A model generated the notes under the pieces. It did not search any database. It was not told where the DNA came from and saw only the letters and a program-made list of their open reading frames with translations. 64,000 nucleotides of DNA from an uncultured Lachnospiraceae bacterium (GTDB lineage: Bacteria > Bacillota > Clostridia > Lachnospirales > Lachnospiraceae): NCBI GenBank assembly GCA_934293375.1, contig CAKQYS010000003.1, positions 70,441-134,440 of the forward strand. Reading direction: 5' to 3'. This document shows, in pieces, positions 53,591 to 64,000 of this stretch. Made by a program: the position numbers and the translations under genes. The first letter of the stretch is position 1; each line of letters opens with the position of its first letter.

Positions 53591-54634
53591 GTGAATACGC
53601 AGATGATTACATGGAATGAACAGGAGCCGGAATGTATTGCTGCGGCTTCAAAATGCCTCAGGGAGGGTGGTCTCGTAGCATTTCCGACTGAAACAGTATA
53701 TGGTTTGGGCGGGGATGGTATGAATCCGGCAGCTTCTGAGAAAATATACAGAGCCAAGGGGAGACCGTCTGATAATCCGTTAATTCTGCATATAGCTCAT
53801 GAGAGCGCAGTCGAGCAGATTGCAGAACATATCAGCGATGATGCATGGAAACTGATGGACGCATTCTGGCCGGGACCGTTGACATTGGTGCTGCCAAAGA
53901 AGGCTGCGGTGCCAAAGGAGACAACAGGAGGACTTGATACGGTGGCTGTCAGGATGCCATCACATCCTGGTGCCTTGGAACTGATCAGACAATCAGGGGT
54001 GTTTGTCGCTGCTCCATCAGCGAATACATCCGGCAGACCAAGCCCATCCAAGGCAGCTCATGTATATGAGGATCTCAATGGTAAGATCGATTATATTATT
54101 GATGGCGGAGAAGTCGATATCGGGATTGAATCCACGATCGTGGATATGACTTCACAGGTTCCGATGATCCTTCGCCCGGGTTATATTACACCGGAGATGC
54201 TAGAACAGGTAGTTGGACATGTGGAGTTTGATCCGGGTATTATGGGCGTGGCAGCGAATGTGCGTCCGAAAGCACCGGGGATGAAGTACACACATTATGC
54301 ACCAAAGGGCGAATTAACCATTGTAGAGGGCAATTTAACAGATGTTGTTCGTAAGATCAATGCCCTGACCGCACAGAAGCGGCAGATGGGGCACCGGGTA
54401 GGGGTTTTGGCTACGCTGGAAACACGGGAATTATATGATGCAGATGTGGTGTTGTCCATGGGACGCAGATCAGAACCGATCACAGTTTCGGCAAAATTAT
54501 ACAGTTGTCTGCGTGAATTTGATACATTGGGAATGGAATACATGTATACAGAGTCATTTTCGGGAGACAGTCTTGGCAACGCGATCATGAATCGTCTTTT
54601 AAAGGCTGCAGGACACCGGGTGATTCATATATAA
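53591..54634 (+). CDS. tsaC: L-threonylcarbamoyladenylate synthase (Sua5/YwlC/TsaC type with a C-terminal Sua5 domain)
   Basis: VAFPTETVYGLGG, KGRPSDNPLILH and APSANTSGRPSP motifs. The start is GTG 53591 (RBS AGGAAGAAGGA) or ATG 53603. Confidence 0.85.
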   Translation: MNTQMITWNEQEPECIAAASKCLREGGLVAFPTETVYGLGGDGMNPAASEKIYRAKGRPSDNPLILHIAHESAVEQIAEHISDDAWKLMDAFWPGPLTLVLPKKAAVPKETTGGLDTVAVRMPSHPGALELIRQSGVFVAAPSANTSGRPSPSKAAHVYEDLNGKIDYIIDGGEVDIGIESTIVDMTSQVPMILRPGYITPEMLEQVVGHVEFDPGIMGVAANVRPKAPGMKYTHYAPKGELTIVEGNLTDVVRKINALTAQKRQMGHRVGVLATLETRELYDADVVLSMGRRSEPITVSAKLYSCLREFDTLGMEYMYTESFSGDSLGNAIMNRLLKAAGHRVIHI

Positions 54635-54722
54635 TATAGAGGAGTTGTTTTGCAGATGTGTGTATGCATGGCAGACTGCAAAATTGCACAACATAAATAA
54701 TAAACATATGGAGGAATATTTT

Positions 54723-55151
54723 ATGATCGCATTAGGATGTGATCATGGCGGATATGCCATGAAGGAGGAACTGAAGAAGCATTTGGATGAGAGAGGCATT
54801 GCCTATCAGGATTTTGGATGTGACAGCGAAGAGTCTGTAGATTATCCGATTTATGCCAAGAAGGTAGCACATGCGGTGGCGGATGGTGAATGCGAGAAGG
54901 GTATTATTATCTGCGGAACCGGGATCGGCGTTTCCATAGCTGCCAACAAGGTTAAGGGTGTACGTGCGGCTCTTTGCCATGATTGTTTCAGTGCCAAGGC
55001 TACAAGAGAGCATAACGATGCAAATGTGCTGACAATGGGAGCCAGGGTAGTAGGACCGGGACTTGCAATGATGATAGCAGATATTTTTATCGATACACCG
55101 TTTTCAAATGATGAGCGCCATGTCAGAAGAATATCCATGTTAGAGGATTAG
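54723..55151 (+). CDS. rpiB: Ribose-5-phosphate isomerase B
   Basis: MIALGCDHGG and IICGTGIGVSIAANK motifs. GGAGGAA RBS. Confidence 0.9.
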   Translation: MIALGCDHGGYAMKEELKKHLDERGIAYQDFGCDSEESVDYPIYAKKVAHAVADGECEKGIIICGTGIGVSIAANKVKGVRAALCHDCFSAKATREHNDANVLTMGARVVGPGLAMMIADIFIDTPFSNDERHVRRISMLED

Positions 55152-55270
55152 AGTTGCGAAATTATAATAAAAGAAAAGTAAAATGTCTATAAATTTCGAC
55201 TGGAAATATGGACGATTTAAACAAAAAATGGTATACTTACAAGAAGTCTGAAAAGAGGGGCCGGCAGGTT

Positions 55271-55594
55271 ATGAAGGAAGGAAATAAAATTGCAAAAGCA
55301 TTCATGTTAGTGCTTCAGATCGGTCTGACTATGATCGTTGCAGTTGGTCTTTGCACAGCCGCCGGGTATTACATTGATAATCATTTCGGTTGTAATTTGA
55401 TGTTTTTTTTTATTGCACTCGGTGTGATTTCCGGATACAGCGGATGTTATTCCCTGATCAGACAGTATATCGATATGACGAGCAGCCGGGACAAGTACGA
55501 CCAGATGTTCTCTGACTGGGAACAAGGGGAGGATATGTCCGATGATGCCGGGATAAAAGGTGAGGACGATGACGAAAATAAAACAATACATTAG
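55271..55594 (+). CDS. AtpZ/AtpR-like small membrane protein preceding the atp operon
   Basis: Two TM helices (FMLVLQIGLTMIVAVGLCTAAGYYID ... FFFIALGVISGYSGCY). It is located at the head of the atp operon. The start is uncertain (55208 or 55271). Confidence 0.6.
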   Translation: MKEGNKIAKAFMLVLQIGLTMIVAVGLCTAAGYYIDNHFGCNLMFFFIALGVISGYSGCYSLIRQYIDMTSSRDKYDQMFSDWEQGEDMSDDAGIKGEDDDENKTIH

Positions 55595-55988
55595 CGATAT
55601 AGACGAAGTATTACGGGATCTTATTTTCGGCATTGCCCTTTATTTTATTGTCATCAGTCTGATCGGAGTTCTTGTGGTAGAAGACAGACTGGCATTTGTA
55701 TTGGGAGCACTTACAGGATGTGTGGTTTCCTGTGTAATGGCGGCGCATATGTATCGTTCACTGGATCGTGGACTGGATATGGATCCCGATGCGGCCGGCA
55801 AATACATTTTTCGTCAATCTATGTTACGGTTATTCATGATGCTGGTGGCGGTATATCTGAGTCTGCTGCTTCCCCGTGTGAGTCCGGTAGGTGTGATCCT
55901 CGGACTGCTGGGGCTTAAGTTGTCAGGACTGATGCGGCCACTGGTATCCTCGTATATAACAACAAAAATATTCAGGGAAGGAGAGTGA
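55569..55988 (+). CDS. atpI: ATP synthase protein I
   Basis: Small hydrophobic 4-TM protein immediately upstream of atpB. RBS AGGTGAGGA. Confidence 0.7.
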   Translation: MTKIKQYISDIDEVLRDLIFGIALYFIVISLIGVLVVEDRLAFVLGALTGCVVSCVMAAHMYRSLDRGLDMDPDAAGKYIFRQSMLRLFMMLVAVYLSLLLPRVSPVGVILGLLGLKLSGLMRPLVSSYITTKIFREGE

Positions 55989-55992
55989 ACAT

Positions 55993-57062
<1,070 letters not shown>

Positions 57063-57115
57063 TTACGGTGATTCCGGATTAGGGAGTAGTAAATACGGCG
57101 AAAGGAGGCAAGGAC

Positions 57116-57685
57116 GTGGGAGATTGTATCACAGGATTGGGAACCATGCATTTCTTATTGGAAGCTGATCCATATATCTTCAGCCTGGATCCACAGCTGC
57201 TGTTTGGTGTACTGATTCAGGGCATCAGTATTTTTATCTTGTTTGCGGCATTGTCATATCTGTTATTCGAACCGGCGAAGAAGTTGTTAGAGAACAGACG
57301 CAATAAGATTCAGAATGATATTGAAACAGCGAAGCAGGACAAGCAGGAGGCTGCCCGGCTGAAGGAAGAATATGATAATAAAATCAAGTCTGTAGAGAAG
57401 GAAGCGGAGTCGATTCTTGCTGCATCCCGCAAGAAAGCGTTGAAGCGTGAAACAGAAATCACGGATGAGGCGAAAGAGGAAGCTGCACGGATCATGAAGC
57501 GGGCGAATCAGGAGATCGAGATGGAGCAGAGCAGGGTACAGGATGATGTCCGCAAGGAGATCATTGCAGTAGCAACCCTGATGGCTTCGAAGATTGTTGC
57601 GGTTTCGATCAGTGAGGAGCAGCAGAATGCATTGCTTGATGAGACATTGAAGGAAATGGGTGATGACACATGGCTAAGCAGGTAA
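57116..57685 (+). CDS. atpF: F0F1 ATP synthase subunit b
   Basis: An N-terminal TM helix followed by a long charged helix. GTG start with an AAAGGAGG RBS. Confidence 0.8.
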   Translation: MGDCITGLGTMHFLLEADPYIFSLDPQLLFGVLIQGISIFILFAALSYLLFEPAKKLLENRRNKIQNDIETAKQDKQEAARLKEEYDNKIKSVEKEAESILAASRKKALKRETEITDEAKEEAARIMKRANQEIEMEQSRVQDDVRKEIIAVATLMASKIVAVSISEEQQNALLDETLKEMGDDTWLSR

Positions 57686-58209
57686 GTACAACCTATGGGG
57701 AAGCCTTATTTGAGCTGGCTGTGGAGGAGGATCAGATTGATGCTTTTTATGAAGAGGCAAAAGGACTGTATGATGTGTTTATACGGGATCAGGATCTGAA
57801 TCTGTTTCTGGGCCATCCGAAAGTGCTCAAGGAAGATAAGACCGCAATGATCCAGAAAGTCTTTACAGGACGGGTACACGAACAGCTTGTGGGTTTCCTG
57901 ACTATCATTATCAAGAAAGACAGACAAAAGGATATTCCGGCGATCCTGGAATATTTTATCAAAAGAGTAAAGGATCATAAAAAGATCGGTGTAGCAAATG
58001 TTACATCGGCCATTACACTTTCTGATGCAAAAAAGCAGCAGATTGAAGCAAGGTTGCTGGAGACGACAGATTACAACAGTATGGAGGTGCATTATGAGGT
58101 AGATGCATCGCTGATCGGTGGACTTGTGATCAGAATCGAGGACCGGGTTGTAGACAGTAGTATCAGGAACCAGCTTTTCATGATGAGACAATCATTGATG
58201 AAAGCATAG
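57670..58209 (+). CDS. atpH: F0F1 ATP synthase subunit delta (OSCP)
   Basis: N-terminal VSTTYGEALFELA and C-terminal LIGGLVIRIEDRVVDSSIRNQL. Confidence 0.85.
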   Translation: MAKQVSTTYGEALFELAVEEDQIDAFYEEAKGLYDVFIRDQDLNLFLGHPKVLKEDKTAMIQKVFTGRVHEQLVGFLTIIIKKDRQKDIPAILEYFIKRVKDHKKIGVANVTSAITLSDAKKQQIEARLLETTDYNSMEVHYEVDASLIGGLVIRIEDRVVDSSIRNQLFMMRQSLMKA

Positions 58210-59745
<1,536 letters not shown>

Positions 59746-59809
59746 ATTGCAGGTATTGAGTCTGCATTTGGGAGATGCCTGTGCAGACGGAAAGGACAGG
59801 TGATATGTC

Positions 59810-60679
59810 TTGGCATCCATGCAGGATATCAAAAGACGAAAAAATAGTGTCAATAGCACTATGCAGATAACCAAGGCCATGAAGCTTGTATCTACAGTCA
59901 AATTGCAGCATGCAAAGGCAAAGGCCGAGAGCACAAAGCCATATTTTGACATGATGTATAAGACGGTCAGTTCCATTCTGGCAAAGACAGATAATGTGTC
60001 ACACCCGTATCTTGATTCTAACGGCTGTGATAAAAAGGTGGTGATCACGATCACCTCAAACAAGGGTCTTGCAGGTGGATACAACAATAATGTTGTCAAA
60101 GAAATGGCAGCATCGGGACTGACCCCTGAGAACAGTACAATCTATACGATTGGACGTAAGGGATATGAGTCCTTGGCAAGGAAAGGTTATCCTATCGTAA
60201 AGGATGAGTCGGATATTATAAATGAACCATTGTATTCAGATGCGATCGCAGTCAGCAAGCAGGTGCTTGATATGTATACAAACGGAGAAGTTGGCGAGAT
60301 ATATCTTGCTTATACGGAGTTTAAGAATACAGTAAGCCAGATCCCACATGTGATCAGGCTGCTGCCAATCGACATGAGTATTGTGGAGGCTTCGGCAGAA
60401 ACGGACAAGAATGAGGCTGTGACATTGATGGATTATGAGCCGGAAGCAGAGGAAGCTCTTTATGAGATCGTTCCGAAGTATATGACCAGCCTGATCTATG
60501 GTGGTCTGATCGAGGCTGTAGCCAGTGAAAATGGTGCCAGAATGCAGGCGATGGATAATGCTACAAGCAACGCTGAAGATATGATATCAGATTTATCATT
60601 GTTATATAATAGAGCACGTCAGAGTTCTATTACACAGGAATTAACAGAGATTGTCGCAGGTGCGTCTGCGATTGAATAA
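59810..60679 (+). CDS. atpG: F0F1 ATP synthase subunit gamma
   Basis: N-terminal MASMQDIKRRKNSVNSTMQITKAMKLVS and C-terminal ITQELTEIVAGA. The start appears to be TTG. Confidence 0.9.
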   Translation: MASMQDIKRRKNSVNSTMQITKAMKLVSTVKLQHAKAKAESTKPYFDMMYKTVSSILAKTDNVSHPYLDSNGCDKKVVITITSNKGLAGGYNNNVVKEMAASGLTPENSTIYTIGRKGYESLARKGYPIVKDESDIINEPLYSDAIAVSKQVLDMYTNGEVGEIYLAYTEFKNTVSQIPHVIRLLPIDMSIVEASAETDKNEAVTLMDYEPEAEEALYEIVPKYMTSLIYGGLIEAVASENGARMQAMDNATSNAEDMISDLSLLYNRARQSSITQELTEIVAGASAIE

Positions 60680-62098
<1,419 letters not shown>

Positions 62099-62119
62099 TC
62101 AGGATATAGAGGAGAGCAT

Positions 62120-62524
62120 ATGGCAGAAAAGACATTTCGCGTAAAGATCGTGTCTCCGGATCGTATTTTTTATGAGGGAGAGGCTGACTTTATAGAATTT
62201 AAAACAACAGAAGGGGAAGTTGGTGTGTATGCACAGCATGTGCCAATGACCTCAATTATTGCACCGGGTGTACTGCGGATACACAGTGCCGGGAGTGTGA
62301 AAGAAGCTGCTTTGCTGTCAGGCTTTGTGGAGATATTAAAGGATTCCATTACCATTCTGGCAGAGTCGGTAGAATGGCCGGATGAGATTGATACCAAACG
62401 TGCCGAGGAGGCGAAGATCCGTGCGGAGCGCAGATTGAACCATAATGATACGGATATAGATTATGACCGTGCAGAACTCGCACTGAAACGAGCAATCGTC
62501 AGACTGCTGGTAGCACACAAATAA
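62120..62524 (+). CDS. atpC: F0F1 ATP synthase subunit epsilon
   Basis: 134 aa with a beta-sandwich N-terminus (FRVKIVSPDRIFYEGEA) and a helical C-terminus. It is the last atp gene and is followed by a strong terminator. Confidence 0.9.
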   Translation: MAEKTFRVKIVSPDRIFYEGEADFIEFKTTEGEVGVYAQHVPMTSIIAPGVLRIHSAGSVKEAALLSGFVEILKDSITILAESVEWPDEIDTKRAEEAKIRAERRLNHNDTDIDYDRAELALKRAIVRLLVAHK

Positions 62525-62527
62525 TAT

Positions 62528-62563
62528 AAAAAGGCCTGTGAAATGCTTCACAGGCCTTTTTTG
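62528..62563 (+). terminator. Intrinsic terminator of the atp operon
   Basis: AGGCCTGTGA - 6-nt loop - TCACAGGCCT followed by TTTTTT, starting 4 nt after the atpC stop. Confidence 0.9.
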
Positions 62564-62617
62564 TGTCTTTATGGGTAATGATAAGGTACATATGGAATCT
62601 ACAGTGCAAGAAGACAC

Positions 62618-62647
62618 TTGACATAGATATGTATTGTCTTTTATACT
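62618..62647 (+). promoter_or_regulatory. Putative sigma-A promoter of the 117-aa ORF
   Basis: TTGACA - 18 nt - TATACT. Confidence 0.55.
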
Positions 62648-62679
62648 ACTTGATAGTTGTGTAGAAAGGAAGATTAGAT

Positions 62680-63033
62680 ATGATATTAGAAGAGTTTGTC
62701 AAGATGTCCAAGAATTTGCCGTTTGCGCAGTTGTTTGTACTCGAAAACGGAAGCTATCGACCACTTTGGATGGGCCGCAGAATTGATAAGCTCTATGATG
62801 ATGTGAAGTCATTATATGGGGAAGACTATGTGACACAGCTGCATAGCTGTGAAATACTTGGATTTGAGGGAAATGGACAGGATCAGCTATATATTGTAAC
62901 GGATATGTCCGCACCAAAGAATTTCTTCGCATACACGAAGGAATATTGGGATAAGATGCATGAAGAAGCATCCGGTAATACGAAGAAGACGAAGAGCAAA
63001 TTTGTAGAATTTATGACGAAGGATCTGTTTTAA
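62680..63033 (+). CDS. Hypothetical protein (117 aa)
   Basis: ORF with its own consensus-like promoter and a downstream hairpin. No motif recognised. Confidence 0.55.
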   Translation: MILEEFVKMSKNLPFAQLFVLENGSYRPLWMGRRIDKLYDDVKSLYGEDYVTQLHSCEILGFEGNGQDQLYIVTDMSAPKNFFAYTKEYWDKMHEEASGNTKKTKSKFVEFMTKDLF

Positions 63034-63056
63034 TAAGACGACCTGCATATTTTAGA

Positions 63057-63104
63057 AAATGCCGTCAATACTCTATGTAAATGAGAGTATAGGGGGCATT
63101 TTTT
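63057..63104 (+). terminator. Terminator-like composite hairpin ending at the start codon of the next gene
   Basis: ATGCC / GGCAT and ATACTCT / AGAGTAT stems followed by TTTTTT, directly preceding ATG 63105. Confidence 0.45.
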
Positions 63105-63860
63105 ATGCGTAAAAAAGAGTGGATGTATCTGTTTATATTAGTCTGGATGGTGTTTGGTATCCAGTTGGCTGTCAATGCGGGCATGAAAGATGATGACCAA
63201 CTGATCGAAGCATTTCACGAGATAAAGACGATTCCGGTGGAAAGTGATGTGGAGGCATACGGATATTTTGGTGATATGTATCTAAGCGGAGAAACCAAGA
63301 AAAAAATGCTGCAAAATCTGGCGGATAAACTGGACATCAAAGAGGGATATCTGATTGATACTGTCGATGGTGGCAGTTTCACAAGAACCAGTCTGATCAA
63401 AGATGGTGCGTACGGAAAAACGCAGTTGCAGCTGATCACGCTGCACACAGAAAATGCAGATGGTGATGCTTTAAACCAACAGTATGTATATGCAACCATT
63501 ACAATTTATAACAGTGTGGAACATGTACAGTATTACCGCAGACAATTAGAGAAGATCTTTGCGGATATTGGGATGAAGGCAGATGTGAATATTTATCTGG
63601 CGGGTGAGATGCATGGACGGCAAAGCAAAGAGGCACGCGAAAAGCTGATAGAAGCGTTTTTAGACTGTATGGATGCAAAGGAGGTATGCGGTAATCGTAC
63701 TGATGATCTGTACACAATATATGGATACACAAGGCATGAGAGAGAGTATGTTTATCAGAATGGAGAGCGTGTCAATGTCAATATTGCCCTGACCTATGAC
63801 GAAACACAGAATAAGACAAAGATTCATATGGCGGTTCCGTTTATTTCAAAATCTTATTAG
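63105..63860 (+). CDS. Secreted protein, YwmB-like (DUF1779-type) by position downstream of atpC
   Basis: Signal or anchor sequence (WMYLFILVWMVFGIQLAVNA). Its size of about 250 aa and its location after the atp operon match Bacillus ywmB. The family call is tentative. Confidence 0.5.
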   Translation: MRKKEWMYLFILVWMVFGIQLAVNAGMKDDDQLIEAFHEIKTIPVESDVEAYGYFGDMYLSGETKKKMLQNLADKLDIKEGYLIDTVDGGSFTRTSLIKDGAYGKTQLQLITLHTENADGDALNQQYVYATITIYNSVEHVQYYRRQLEKIFADIGMKADVNIYLAGEMHGRQSKEAREKLIEAFLDCMDAKEVCGNRTDDLYTIYGYTRHEREYVYQNGERVNVNIALTYDETQNKTKIHMAVPFISKSY

Positions 63861-63942
63861 AATAATTTCTGAATATGCCGTGATTTGGCAGTCCGCCCTG
63901 TTAATATGGTGCTATCAAATGGGCCATAAGGAGGATACAGAT

Positions 63943-64000
63943 ATGGAAATCGTAATCAGAGTAGATGTATTAATGTTGAGATTAAAGAAGTTTGGAAAAC
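63943..64000 (+). CDS. 5' end of an unidentified gene (continues beyond the window)
   Basis: AAGGAGGA RBS 7 nt upstream of ATG 63943. The frame is open to the window end. Only 19 codons are visible. Confidence 0.3.
   Translation, partial: MEIVIRVDVLMLRLKKFGK

Noticed and set aside
55148-55170. GAGTTGCGAAATTAT upstream of the atp operon as a partial copy of the CAATTGCGAAACTC terminal repeat.
   Set aside because: Only about 8 nt are shared and no partner arm is nearby. This is most likely chance similarity.

Overview
This is a 64-kb chromosomal segment of a moderate-GC Firmicute. The gene content (MecA, CwlD-like amidase, DUF512 radical-SAM protein, BceRS-AB module, tsaC-rpiB-atp synteny) suggests a Clostridia/Lachnospiraceae-type anaerobe; that assignment is inference, not a database result. 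I call about 63 protein-coding genes and see no rRNA, tRNA or CRISPR array.

Gene content in order:
- ECF sigma fragment plus a membrane partner, and a transglutaminase-like surface protein.
- SDR oxidoreductase, nadE and azlCD.
- An OmpR-type two-component system with an accessory membrane protein. It is divergent from an unusual ABC exporter operon: two lipoprotein adaptors (one internally duplicated), a 926-aa FtsX-type permease and two different ATPases.
- XRE regulator, and an ArsR-HMA-CadA metal efflux operon.
- CaCA antiporter, DUF512 protein and two uncharacterised proteins.
- A BceRS-AB-like peptide-resistance module, then a MATE transporter and thrH.
- pncA-pncB, a PAP2 phosphatase, an FprA-type flavoprotein and a solitary Rpn/PD-(D/E)XK nuclease.
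- tetR-maf-greA, followed without a break by a three-gene MukFEB/MksFEB/JetABC-like SMC module.
- Asparaginase, an orphan LytTR regulator, mecA, an amidase, tsaC and rpiB.
- A complete F1Fo ATP synthase operon and a YwmB-like gene.

Main candidates for novelty:
1. The JetD/MksG-less SMC-like module at 41949-48707. Its ATPase motifs look degenerate (Walker B reads D-N instead of D-E) and it appears to be co-transcribed with greA.
2. A family of 215-266 bp long-hairpin palindromic elements. Two are about 96% identical direct copies that bracket a 16-kb segment containing that module. A third, unrelated in sequence, starts immediately after the cadA stop codon.
3. A Na+-type ion-binding signature in the ATP synthase c subunit.
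4. Two unusual features of the ABC exporter: an ATPase with a C-terminal AbrB/SpoVT-like tail, and a tandem-duplicated membrane-fusion protein.

All functional calls come from reading motifs in the translations. No similarity search was possible.
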